This document shows, in pieces, positions 12,001 to 24,745 of a DNA stretch of 64,000 nt (its first letter is position 1; each line of letters starts with the position of its first letter). The notes beneath the pieces were generated by a model. The model searched no databases and was not told the DNA's origin. It was given only the letters and a program-made list of their open reading frames with translations. The stretch is from Phoronis australis (lineage: Eukaryota > Animalia > Phoronida), in assembly GCA_002633005.1 (NCBI GenBank), contig NMRA01000399.1, forward strand, positions 153,570 through 217,569, in the 5' to 3' direction. A program made the translations under genes and the position numbers.

Positions 12001-15000
12001 CAGTATACATTGCTATATATTGAGCACTGTTTTGAAAGATGCAGAACCAAGGTCAACGAATGCAAACCTCAAGTCTTTAAAAGCTCAAATACAGCACCAG
12101 ACCTGACCATGGTGGATGGAGGGGAGGGCTGCCTTATGTACCAAATGTACTACTATCTATTACATCTAATATATCTCTCTTAGTACTGTCAGACAACTCT
12201 CCACAAGGGTTAAACACTTGAGCACATTACAACAACACAAGGCAACAACAAGTAAAAACCTTAAATACAGTGGGTAGAACAGCTTCATGAATGAGTCTCT
12301 CATGACAACTTGTTAAAATGATTACATAAATAAAGATAATTAGAATAACTACGTCAATTAAGCCTGACACATGTTGTACACAGGTACATCCTTCTCTGCT
12401 TTACATAAACCATTAAATCAACCTCCAGGGACCCATTACACTGATTGTTACACGTCATGCAGATGACTAGCATGAATTAGCAAATGGAACATTGTGCACA
12501 GACTTTGCAACTGATTCCAGGCTTCCTGAGCCATACAGCCAAACTTTCTGGAAACCTGTGGTTAGATAATTAGAGGCAATTACCCAAATGTACTTAATCA
12601 GTATCCAAGAAATCGCACCAATTTTTCTGAGAAAAGTTTTTGCGTCAAAGATGGGCTTATTCAGTCAGAGCCAGATGAGTCATCAATTAAGCAATTCATT
12701 TGCAGGATTAATGACTGGAACAAGTGCCATGACCTCTGACCCTACAGGCACATCGACCAATCACTAGGCTGATTCAGGCACATCGACCAATCCCTAGGCT
12801 GATTCTGGGTTAAATGTATCTTTTTTACTGCTCACTATGACAAAACCAATTGGTTTCATGCGTCTTATGTCTGTTTTCAATCAACGGAAATCTTATTCCC
12901 ATGAAAATGACAACATTTCTACCAAAACCACAGTTGAGAAATTCAAATTTCAAAGAAATCAACATTGTGGTTAGATTTTGTCAGTTGTTTATAACATACC
13001 CCTATAACAACAGGAAACTGATTACACATAGCTCTTCAGTCTTGTAAGAGCATCAGCCTTGTAAGAGCACAAAAATATCATTTGCATGATCCAGTTTCTA
13101 ATTCTGGTGTGCAATTTGACCAAGTTGTCATAGACAAAACACAAATCCTTTCTTTCAGAGACAGATATTTTTGTTTGAATTTTGAGCTTCAATATCCCAT
13201 TGCACAACGGTGACAATTTGACATGATGCAGGTAATAACACATTTCAATCTATAGCAATTGTAAAGAACAGTAGTGTCCACCAATGAAACTCACTCTTAG
13301 CAAAAAAGCTACTGAGGCCCACTTGATCACGCCATTGCTTTTTTGGAAAATGACAATTCTGTTGTTATTTCATGCAACAATTACTGTCAAAACAGTCTCT
13401 GTGTTGCTCTTCTGCACAACTCGTTCAGGTCACCGCAGTGTAACAATACCTGCACAACCCTAAGATTTAGAATGTTGTAAAGGAAGTGTTAGTCCAAGAA
13501 AAAATTCTGCTTCAAGCCCTAAAACAAAATGCCGACAGCCTCTCTAACCAGGCCATATTTGAAGGGGGAAAGGTCGAGTCCCCTGCGCCCCTCCAAATCT
13601 GCATATATAGGACTTGAATAATGCAAATGTTTCGAGGATCGCAAAATTTAAATATAAGGTCTCAAAATTCTGCATTTCTTAAAAACGTTCGAGAGGATGA
13701 ATAATATTAGAAATGCTAATGGTAAATTCAAACTTTAATTTAATGAATTTCAAAGGAATGCAAGAGCTTAATCAATAAGGCCAGACATTTGCACAAGATT
13801 TAAGGTCATTTTAAAAACCAGCACTTTGTATTGGGAACCAAGCTCAATTGCTCTGATACTGCTTTTGATGTTCTTTTCTTGCACAATGGCTCCCCCTATC
13901 AAAGCATTATGTGGTAAATGACCTATGGCAGCAAGTTATGAAATGTTGAATTCGTATGTTAAGACATTGAAAATATTTAGTTATCCAATGATAAAGAGTT
14001 TACCACATCCAGCAAGTATAACACAACAACTGGCTTAAAAACAAAAATAACCTTGAGTAGGTCTTTCACTCTAATAAAATCTGTTCATAATATTCCCTAC
14101 TAAGATAGGATTCTATTTTTGTTACCAACAAAATCATGAAAATCACCTAAGCGACTCAAGAAAACACTTTAGACTTCATTAGGACTGGTCAACCGTAAAA
14201 TTTCAAATTTGAAACCCGAGTGCCTCAGACCACATTGCCTGTCACCAAAGTTGCTCATTCAGCAACAAATACAGACTGGATAAGTGTCAAATTTCAAATC
14301 GCTCATTCCGTAATGCGCTTAAACACCAAAGTCATGCATTTCTAAAGATATGCGTGACTTTTCACCGCTCTTCCTTCAGAGCGGCTTTTACCAGGATCAA
14401 AGAGAGCGCGGCGCCAGAGTCGGACTCAGTTGCGGTGACCGCATTATCCGATGGGAGAAAGACCCAATTAAGTGTAATTACCTGACCATAAACTATAGTA
14501 AACAAGTCTGCCTCAAATATGCATTAACCGACACGGGTATTCAGTTGGAAAAAACAACCAAGTTTGGTTTTCGATTTTTAATAATCCATGAACTCTTAAG
14601 CTAAAAAATATGAACATTGGTTACGATTGACAATAAACGATTGTGCATATTGATATACTTGGTGGATTTAAAAACATCACGTGGATTATTCTTTTAATAT
14701 ACAACTAAGTTATATTGAAACATCTATAAACTACACACAGTGACTAAATTATATTTTAATAACTTTTAAAACATCCCTTATGGTCCAGTGCATGCCGAAG
14801 TACTTTGCTCGAGAAGCAGTACACTAATCGGAAAACTGATATTCGCGGAAATGCGCCAATTGCGATAGTTAGTTTGTAGTTGTAATGGAACACCTGTGAA
14901 GATTGACAAGAAGATGGCTAGTGTTGTCAACGAGAGAGTGCAAGCAGTGGATGAGATTGGTTGGTGGGCAACAGCAGTGATTTCATTTCTTATGACTTAG

Positions 15001-15422
15001 GAAAAGCTAGAATAGTTATGTAGTTACTGCAACCAAAATTGTCCAGAGGTTCCAAATCTTCAGTTTGGCTATCACCATGTTTGCACATTTGTATATATTT
15101 TATGATTTGAGTCCTAATAAAGATTGAACTTGAACTAATGACACGTGTAGTTTTGTTTGTTGTGACGTTTTTGGTGTAGCTGTAATCTGGAAAATTCAGG
15201 GATGGGTTCACAATTAAATGAGTTGTTTTGATACTTCGTTTAAAAATAAAATAAAAAGATAGCAACCATAACCGGTAAGGAAAAAAAACGAGTAGACAGG
15301 AGTATTAAAAATAAAGTAATGAAAACAGGTATGAAACATATTTAAAACCAACTTTCCTTTGGAAAGTGGCCCTTTGTCAAGATCCATGCAAATTGACTTT
15401 TTAGTCTTTTTGTAATATTTAA

Positions 15423-17389
15423 GGTAGGTGGATACACAAAAAATATTTTTATATTTTTGACTGTTTTTTATATTTTTATGTCATCCTAATATTTAATTCT
15501 TGATGCACAGTATACTGAAGAAAAATAAAATCATTCTGAAAATCCAAAGTTGTCTTTTTAATTATATTTGACCAAGTCATGTGGCTTCAGTACTCACCAG
15601 CTCAGTGACTAACAAGTGGGGCAGAGCTTATACAAGGACACTAGCTCTAATCTAACCCACTCAACAAGCATTGCGTAACCGGACAATCGAGAGAGTGCTG
15701 TACCAGCTGATATTGGTGTTGTAGCAAGACCAATAATAAAATAATTCTATTTTTGACCATGTGAAAGTTGGTGGTGAAATGGTGAACTAGCTCCTGTTCC
15801 GAGCCTGAGCCAGTTTGTCTATCTGCAAAAAAATTAAGTTGAGTACGCCAAGTCCTACCAAAGCCATCACTGCATTCAGCTTGATGAGTCAATGCAGAAA
15901 CTGTGCGTGTGCAAGAGAAGTTAGAAAAGGTGATGTGTCTTGCGAGAGGACGCCGTGCGTCGTCGTGGGTGGTGTTGCACGATTCGATGAGAGTGCATGC
16001 ACGCGTTGTGAAGACACGCAGCGCGCGCGAGACATGGACAACTACATGCTGTCAGAGTAGAGTTTTTGCAGATAAACCGTGCTTCTGTGCTGGGAACGCA
16101 CCGTGGAGAAACTAGACTGCCAAACTCAGGGGATTTTTTTAACTTGCCACCGGCCGTCACCCAAAGAATTAGAGAAATGACCCGGTGTTCAACATAACAA
16201 AATTGTCCTAGTGCATAGATTCAAACTTATCCCTGAATTAAAACTCATGATATTATACGATTTTAGTGGAAAGCAATATAAGAAACTTTGGTAACTTGAG
16301 AATCTCACCCAAGCAACGTTATTTGTGCAGAAAGTGTTATTTTCTTATCCCAAATTCCATTCAGTCAAAATGTTAGCGGTACAGCCACGTGAAAATGTTG
16401 AACCTGATTACGATGAAAGTAGTTCTTTATCCTCGTTGCCAATATTGTTATGTAGACAGTAACGCAGCGATTTGATATAACACATATATTGGTTGATGAA
16501 GATACGGTAACTACTATAATATTGGAATACTAACAAATAGACCTATGTAATATAGTCAGAGAGTCTTTTACCACGCTGAGTGGAGAGTTCAGACGAGTCG
16601 CATAAACACTGAATCAACACATGGTTTTAATGTGTGGTCGGCACACCAGTACAGCAGACAATAGATCATCGCTAAGCTCCGCCCACAGGACAGCCATATT
16701 TGTTTTGGTCATCTGTCATGCTTCACAAATTCTCAAAAATGATTAAAAATACGCTGTAAACAAACAGGTATGTCACATTTTCTAAACATGAAGTAAATAT
16801 CAGCTTTATTTCTAGTACTTCAACAAAAATTGGAACATAATGGCCACGCATTCTGAACGAAATTTGACCTCAAGTGGCAATCGATGCCCGCTTAACTTCA
16901 AAGCCTTTTTTCTTGGCTCGTGATTTCAGGGTAGTGACAAGATTCTCGTGCCTATTTTTCCACATCACGTGGGTCAATTTTTACGAAATTTGCAAATTTG
17001 AAATCCTCTAGGACTGAAGTAAAATCGCGTGCCAAGGTTTTTTGATACAAGGACCAGATTTTTAGTTATTAGACGGAAAGTGACCAAATGACAGAAAGTG
17101 GCGTGCTTGCCCCAACTCACAGGCAAGATCATGATGATTTTCATATATTTGGTATGGATAAGTATAATATTATGTAAGGAAACAGTTGATGATAATCCCT
17201 GTGCATTTTGAAAAAAAATCAATTGGACTTTTTGAAAATTAAAAAATATGATTTTTTGAAAAAACAAACCACAATAAAAACTTTCTTTTCAATTTTTGTC
17301 ACTTTCAGAGTCATGTCTAACTAGTTAAAACTCCCTTTTTACTCATTTTAGTTAGGAACCTGGAGATTTGACCAGTGTATACACCCCCC
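15423..17389. mobile_element. Kolobok-like non-autonomous DNA transposon (~2 kb)
   Basis: TTAA on both sides (15419-15422, 17390-17393). 15-bp terminal inverted repeat GGTAGGTGGATACAC vs GGGGGGTGTATACAC (3 mismatches). AT-rich arms and a CpG-rich core (15900-16160). Confidence 0.6.
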
Positions 17390-17469
17390 TTAAAATGTAA
17401 CAACCTAAAGCTACTCTCCTCCTCCCCACAGGCTGTGCAATTGCCAGAAAAAACCAATTTGTGTGAAAT

Positions 17470-18001
17470 AACAAGAAAGTAGTGCTAGTTATTACCTTTC
17501 CACTTCATTAGCTCAGATCTACATCAATACAAAGGGCGTGCTGAATAGGCATCTTATAAGTTGTCTGAGGCTTAGGGAATCATAGTGGTGACCTGTCCCA
17601 GTAAACATGCTGGTACCCTGCCAGTACCAGTTTTGAACCATTTTGTACCAGTTGTACCGGGGTGGTACTGGGATGGTACTGGCAAGTCAGTACCAGCTTT
17701 GTACCGGTTTGCCGGAACTGGGCCAGTACCACTTTGTATCGGGTCGGTACTGGTGAGTTAGTACTGGTTTTGTGTCGGTGTGCCGGTATTGGGCTAGTAC
17801 CAGATTTACATCGGCCCAGTAATGGCAAGTCAGTACCAGTTTTGTGCCAGTTTGCTGGTACTGGGCCAGTACCAGATTTGTACCAGTCCTAGTGCTTGTA
17901 AGATAGTACCAGTATGGTGCCGGTTTCCCAGTACTAGGCCAGTACCAGATATGCACCAGTCCTGTTCTGGCAAGATAGTACCTAAGTAAGAGAAATTCTC
18001 C
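17470..18001. repeat. Dispersed repeat (sister copy at 60662-60803) split by an insertion
   Basis: CCACTTCATTAGCTCAGA..CATCAATACAAAGGGCGTGCTGAATAGG is shared with ~60680-60740. Homology resumes at 17983 (TAAGTAAGAGAAATTCTCC). Confidence 0.8.
17597..17982. mobile_element. CCCAG-terminated (EnSpm/CACTA-like) non-autonomous fragment with dense GTAC subterminal motifs
   Basis: Starts CCCAGTAAACA and contains many CCAGTACCAG/CTGGTACTGG motifs in both orientations. It interrupts a repeat whose other copy (~60780) is uninterrupted. The right terminal inverted repeat is absent. Confidence 0.5.
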
Positions 18002-18763
18002 TCATGTTTGGTAAATTCAACACTGCCAGCTAAAAAGTGGTGAAACGTCCCTTTAAATGAAACATAACTTTCTTAGAATGTGCTACCCCAACGAAACGGT
18101 TGATCTGAAAATTCATGGAAACTGAGTTGACAGATAAAACAACATAGCCTTTTGGAGAAAACAATTGATAGCGCAATCACATCAGTGATTAGGATTTGCA
18201 TTTTGAAATGATGAGATCAATTCCCATAACACCATTATTTACATCAAGGTTAATCACATTTCCCATCACCACGGTGATCTTAGTGACAGCCAACAGGAAA
18301 CCTCATGTTAGTCAACTGAACTTTTTTCATGTTTTATACACGACCACAACCGATACAAAAACAACTATAAGAAGCAATTGTCACAGGGTGACCAAATTGT
18401 TCCCTGCCACCTGTGGATACAGTGTGGCCTAGTGGTTTAAGTATCTGCATAAAAATGGTTCCAGGTGTGCTACAGGCCCACCTGAGTGGCCTGCGCACAT
18501 CTGGTATAACATGTACTCAAATCCGCCTGCAGTTTTATTTTTTGAAGGTGCAAGCAATTTAAAGGCTTCATGTGTACATAGTAATGCATTGCTATATAAT
18601 GATAAACTAAATCAATATGTTTGCAACAATTTACTTCCAACACATCTGAGAATTATCGATCAATTACCATTCCCATACCAGAAAATTTTGCTTTACAAAA
18701 AAATTGACACAGTGTATGGTGTAATCTAGCACCCATAATCATTGAGATATCATGCCAACATTT

Positions 18764-19002
18764 TCCAATTTGAACCAGTACATCACTCTCCAATTTGAAT
18801 CAGTACATCACTCTCCAATTTGAACCACAGTACATCACTCTCCAATTTGAACCACAGTACATCACTCTCCAATTTGAACCACAGTACACCACTCTCCAAT
18901 TTGAACCACAGTACACCACTCTCCAATTTGAACCACAGTACATCACTCTCCAATTTGAACCACAGTACATCACTCTCCAATTTGAACCAGTACATCACTC
19001 AA
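18764..19002. repeat. 27-bp minisatellite, about 9 copies
   Basis: Unit TCCAATTTGAACCACAGTACATCACTC. It explains the repetitive ORFs at 18783-19059. Confidence 0.95.
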
Positions 19003-19182
19003 TGCTTAGTGAACTTAAACCATGCAGTGACTACCCATCTTAATCAATTCACAAATTAATACTCGTGGATTAGGTGCGATGCTAGGGAAAACTGGTTAAC
19101 TCATTTCTTTTACAATGCATCGAATTGTTACAGTACTATTTACAGTCATGTTGGTCGATTGCATTACTTAGAGTTTGTTTTT

Positions 19183-19392
19183 TACTTTGAAACTCATAGG
19201 CTAGACAGGCACATTGGTTTATGACCGCAATTATCTCATTCAATATAGGTTCAGCATTAATAAGCCCATGAATAGCAACTAGCTCACTTCAATCTGTGAC
19301 GGCGCCATCAAGCCCTTGACATGCCGAGGACTTGACGCTGGATACTCTGTGGTAAACGGTGCACACTTTCTTGTCCACTTGCGTGCAAATCC
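19183..19392. repeat. Dispersed repeat, unexpanded copy (sister at 26832-27320)
   Basis: Shares ACTTTGAAACTCATA, CCGCAATTATCTCA, TTCAATCTGTGAC and GGTGCACACTTTCTTGTCCACTTGC with 26832-27320. Confidence 0.85.
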
Positions 19393-21489
19393 TATAGCGT
19401 ATGATTTACCTACTGTGTGACTTTGAACATGATGTTAAGTTCATCTAAAATCAACTGGAAAAGTATCACCGACACTTTGGTACAAAATGTTAACAAAACC
19501 AAAAGCTTCCTTAATGAAACATATCATCAACATTTTCCGCTAAGACAAAATTTAATTTTCTTACCATGACCTTGAAAATGATGTCAAGGTCACCAAAACC
19601 AACTGACGCCTGGAGTTGCTCCATCTACACCTTGGTACAAAATATGAACAAAATCGTTATTCAGATATGTCGTCAACACAATTGTGCAACTTTCAGGAGT
19701 CAAGAGGGGTGTTCATGTCAAATTTAGAACCAGCTTGTGCTTTCACAAGGTGGAGAAAACCAGCAAAGTTTCAAGTTTTTAGAAAGCAGACAACTGCTGT
19801 CAGTAACACAGCAGCCACCTGCCATTTGATGACAAGACAAATCGTAAGCATAATCCATCTGATGAAATATTGAAACTTTTACATACAAACCTTTATTAGA
19901 CATCAGATCTGGCCTCAAATATGTTCTCCTTCAAATCACAATGACGCAACTTGTGGTTAGGCTAAGTTCAATCATGCAATTTTGGGTGACCCAGGGCAGG
20001 ATATTACTATTTTAAATATTAATAACACGCTAAATAATCGTTATACGACTGATAGAAAAACAAAACTCGTTTAACTACCAACTGCAGACCATTGCAGTAT
20101 CCAAAGCTACATACCAATCTAGTTCATTATTCAATATTGATGCAGAAACTACACATCTAAACATGGTTTTATTACACTGGGGGTTCAGATAATACTTTTA
20201 AATTATCATTTTGAAAGTTTTTAAATAGCATATTTGAATAATTTGTGAAAAGTATACGAGGTTAGGTTTTTGAATTTTTTAAATTGCACAAAAATGTGAC
20301 TTTTATAACCTAAAAGTAAAAAGTAGACCAGAGCAACATGTCCCAACCAGCAGTGTGTGTCATGCCTGTGCAAAAAATGGGGCAACTTGAGATGTGTACA
20401 CCAGTGCTTATCAGATATTTTAATCCCACCAAAGAATGGAGTGAAATTTGAATGGTGGAGCGCATCTGATGTCACAACCCTCACGCACATGACATCAGCA
20501 GTAATGTGACCCCAGCTGTGATGGACGCCCTCTATGGTGGTTTGGTGAATTAAGGGTATGTTTATAGTGTCAATATCTGGACCATGCATATTCACCCTCA
20601 GTGCACCAAACCACCACAGAGGGCGCCTTAGGTCACATCACCATCGACATCACATGTTAGTCTACGTCTACCAATGGTTTGATAAAGACAAGATAGTAAC
20701 AAAATGTTTACAATGTACCCACCTAATTACTTGAATGAGAATAAATTAGTCAAATGAAACCATTCAGTGACCAGAAAGGAAGATAAGCATTGTACTGTCA
20801 CACAGTGTATTTGTATCCAATATGCTATTGACAGATAAGCGTTTCCTTATATACATTATTTAGTATACTCTATCAAAAAGTAAATCGGGTGAGCATTCCC
20901 AAGAGTCATCTCCTTCAGCGTCCATAGGTGATGTATAGCCTTCAATGGGCCATTTTGATTCCCATGGATACATCTAATGTTCACTGAGGCTGTGGTGTGC
21001 TCATGCCTGTACCAGGTGTTATATTGCCTGTACCAGGTGTTATATTTTGGAATCATCACATTAGAAACTGATCCTGGAATATTTACACCTCAACAGATTT
21101 GTAGAAGACCCGATAACGTCACACTATCATGGACACTGATCTAATATCCTATTAGAGTAGGGCAATTTATCAAAAGCTACGACTTCTTTGCTTTGAAATA
21201 ACTTGGATATGATTACAAATGGATCCACTTCATGAAGAAGAGCACATGTGCAATCTTTTGCTTTACCGAACGATGTAGCTACCCAAGGTGAGACTTACTT
21301 TGCAAAATTTAGGTCAAATTGTGTTCCACTAGGTTTTTACCTGTAGTACAATGTCTGTAGTTTACAGACAGGTTACATGTCTTGAGATAGCTACGTCAAA
21401 CAAAACTCTGTTTGTGAAAAGATAGTTGCGGGTTCGTTACTACAGTAAAAATTCTCCAATTGGGATGGTGAAGAATAAATTACTTCGCT

Positions 21490-21690
21490 TGAGGTCCGAG
21501 CTTGTCCCAAATTCTAGAAATAGGCCATATTGGTCATCTCAAATTCAAGAAGCACCGTAAACATGACAAAATTACTCACTTTGTGGATTGAAAACACATC
21601 GTCTGAAATTTGAGAAATATAGTGATGCCAAAGTCGCCTTTGTCCCAAATTACAAAATGAAGAAAATTCAATTTTCACCATAGGCTATTC
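21490..21690 (+). repeat. GTCCCAAATT-motif dispersed repeat (MITE-like); other copies at ~15-150 (+) and 58870-59410 (-)
   Basis: Recurrent GTCCCAAATT(C/A) motifs and collinear blocks (AAATTTGAGAAATAT, TAGGC.ATATTGGTC) in all or two of the three loci. Confidence 0.7.
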
Positions 21691-21939
21691 ATGCCTAACT
21701 GCACCAAACGGGATAGCTGTGGTTGAGTTGTCCACATTGTGAGTTAACCCTAGATTATGTCACTCTAAGAACAAGTTGAGTTATCCTTAGTTTTAGCACT
21801 TAAGTGTGGATGCTATTTGTGACGTTGACTATTAGTTGGTTGTACCAGAACAAGTTGTAGTGTGAACGTAAACCATTAGCACATTTGCTCAGTTATATAG
21901 GGGTATGTCCAATTATTTTTGTGTAATATTTGTAGGGTT

Positions 21940-22252
21940 TGTTGAGTGCGCTTTTGGATGAACTTAACCAGTATGCTTTAGGGCAAGCAGTGTGGACATG
22001 CCATAAAATGAAGGTAGGGTTTGTTGTGTGAGCATTTGGATGAACTTGACCGGTATGCTTTAGGGCAAGTAGTCTGGACACGATGTAAAATGAAGGTAGG
22101 GTTTGTTGTGTGAGCATTTGGATGAACTTGACCAGTATGCTTTAGGCAAGCAGTCTGGACACGATGTAAAATGAAGGTAGGGTTTGTTGTGTGACCATTT
22201 GGATGAACTTGACCAGTATGCTTTAGGGCAAGCAGTCTGGACATGATGTAAA
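21940..22252. repeat. 82-bp tandem repeat, about 3.7 copies
   Basis: TTTGGATGAACTT recurs at 21953, 22035, 22117 and 22198. Confidence 0.93.
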
Positions 22253-22865
22253 TGCCAAAATTAACCCATTTTTGTTTTCTCAATTCACTGAGCATTAACC
22301 TAGACTAATTCGCTAATTTCAATTTTTGAACAGATGAGACAAATCTTCCACTAGCTAAATAGTAGCCAACCATGTAACAAATTCAATAACATTTATTTAA
22401 TCAAATTTACACACTCACCTAGTATTACTAGTACTAGACGCCCTGATTTTACGTTTTTAACAAATATGAATTTCTATTTTTTCTGTTTCATAAACTATCA
22501 AATTCCGTTTTACTATTTCAAAGTGATAAATAACAAAAATGGTCCACCATGAACTCTACCACAGCTCAGTTTTACCCATAATGCTCATGCCATGTTTAGT
22601 GTTTTTCAAAACCACAAAAAGAACAACGCCACCTTCAGGAATAATGAACAACTACTTGAACAATTTTCTGCTACAAACCAATCATCAATATTGATTTGTG
22701 GCCAGAATATGTCAGGTTTGATGGATTATATTCGTAATTTTAATTAGAAACCAAAAAATATTAGAATTATGGGATCTGCTATCAAAATATGTAAATTATC
22801 TTCGAAATTTCTAGTTCTGTAAAAAATCAGATTCTGTGAACTCCATGCAGAAAACTAGTCTTTAA

Positions 22866-23294
22866 AGTCCGTCTATGCACAGCCTACCCTAGAACAACTT
22901 GCACTAGTGCAACTTACCCCAAGTGGAGCGTCCACATAGAAACATCTGATAACTAGGGGAAGGCAGAAGAAGATAGTGCTCTCTGCGTGACAATGAACAC
23001 ATAATGCGAGTATGGTGTGCGAACAGAAACCAGTCTGTATGTAACTGCACCTGATAATTACTTCTACCTTGCCCCTGGTTTGCAGTCACACAGGAATTAG
23101 AAGTGGCACAAGTTACCCTAGAACAAGTTACCCCACCTTGATAAGGTGGAGTAAGTTGTCACAAGTGGGGTAAGTTGTCACAAGTGGGGTCAATTGCACT
23201 AGTTTAAAAAGCGTCCACACAAGCCTTCAAACCAAGTGAAATTCCCGCTCCAGAAGTTACTGGTTCTAGGGTGAGTCTGTGTGTGGACGGCACT
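22866..23294. mobile_element. Harbinger/PIF-like MITE (429 bp)
   Basis: TAA duplication on both sides (22863-22865, 23295-23297). About 30-bp imperfect terminal inverted repeat, AGTCCGTCTATGCACAGCCTACCCTAGAAC vs the reverse complement of GTTCTAGGGTGAGTCTGTGTGTGGACGGCACT. Confidence 0.75.
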
Positions 23295-23629
23295 TAATCG
23301 TCTCTTTTCAACTGAGGCCACATTTCAAACTGAATGAACATGAGGAAAGTTGTGAATCAGTAGGATTTAGTTGGTGGTCTTTGGTTCATTTTAACCCATA
23401 TCATTTGTAACTTAATGAGAACAGTTGGTTCATTAGCGGACCAGCTGCAAACAGTTTAACAGTGGTAGTCTGTAGTAGTGGGTGGCTTGATAGTTAATGG
23501 AAGACTGAAGCACACCAGCAGGTGACTATGGGGGGTACTTACATAAAGGTGACTATCTTGGTGGGGGGTACTTGATTTGAGATTTTCAGGGGCATTGAAA
23601 GCGTTCCTTTGTAGGAGCGGTGTTTCAGC

Positions 23630-23872
23630 AAACAGAAACGGAAGTCTAAGCCCGAGGCGAAGCTGTGAACAAAAGCACGGGTTCAAGCGCAAGTTCTGTA
23701 AGTGGTAAGTTGAGGATGGGCGATTGCCCAAGAGGTGGGCACTTACATGGAAATTAACACAAAGTAGGGGATGGGCAACAACACAAGCAATGGGCGTGTA
23801 AACCGGAAATTGACCAAAAGTCGGGGATGGGGGATTACCGGAGCATGGGCGTTAACCCGCAAGTTTATGGTA
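23630..23872 (-). mobile_element. pogo-like MITE end; family also at 59545-59880 (+) and 52150-52320 (+)
   Basis: On the minus strand it begins TA-CCATAAACTTGCGGGTTAACGCCCATGC, collinear with TA-CTGTAAACTCGCGGGTTAATGCCCATGC at ~59545. Shared block TTACAGAACTTGCGCTTGAAC.CGTGCTTTTGTTCACAGCTTCGCCTC. Confidence 0.75.
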
Positions 23873-23874
23873 TA

Positions 23875-24337
23875 CGCATTGCCATTAGTGACACAGGCAC
23901 ATACCCATTGCCATGTGACACTGGCACATATACGCACTGCCAAGTGACACTGGCACATATATGCACTGCCAAGTGACACTGGCACATATACGCACTGCCA
24001 AGTGACACTGGCACATATAAGCATTGCCAAGTGACACTGGCACATATAAGCATTGCCAAGTGACACTGGCACATATAAGCATTGCCAAGTGACACTGGCA
24101 CAATAATACGCATTGCCAAGTGACACTGGCACATATAAGCATTGCCAAGTGACACTGGCACATATATGCACTGCCAAGTGACACTGGCACATATACGCAT
24201 TGCCAAGTGACACTGGCACATATAAGCATTGCCAAGTGACACTGGCACATCTACGCACTGCCAAGTGACACTGGCACATACAGGTATATGCATTGCCAAG
24301 TGACACTGGCACATATATGCATTGTCAAGTGACATTG
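23875..24337. repeat. 29-bp minisatellite, about 16 copies
   Basis: Unit GCATTGCCAAGTGACACTGGCACATATAA. It explains the Cys-rich ORFs at 23743-24335. Confidence 0.96.
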
Positions 24338-24596
24338 GAAGGGCTTATGAGCGTGGTTGATGTTTTAAACCCATAGGCACTTAAACATTCAGCATTGACA
24401 GGTATACAGCAAAAATTAATGCAACATGAACATGAATGGTAACTTATGTTATGCAGTCACTGAGTTCCAGATCCATTGTCCAAGTCATGAGCACTCCCAA
24501 AGAAGAGCTATATAAAATTGGGCGTCTGCTCAGAAACGTAAAATGGTGCCTACAAAAAGGTTAATCAAAACCCTGACAGGTTCCATTTTAAATACA

Positions 24597-24745
24597 CATT
24601 CAGTATATAGAAGGGTATACAATACACTTCAGTATATAGAAGGGTATACAATACACCTTCAGTATATAAAAGGGTATGCAATACACGTTTAGTATACAGA
24701 AGGGTATACAATACACCTTCAGTATATAGAAGGGTATTCAATACT
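24597..24745. repeat. ~30-bp tandem repeat, 5 copies
   Basis: Unit TTCAGTATATAGAAGGGTATACAATACACC. Confidence 0.92.

Noticed and set aside
23743-24335. Cys-rich repetitive ORFs resembling metallothionein or keratin-associated proteins (also 58955-59400, 18783-19059, 62110-62602)
   Set aside because: They are translations of minisatellites, open in several frames at once; the 29-bp and 14-bp units are not multiples of three.
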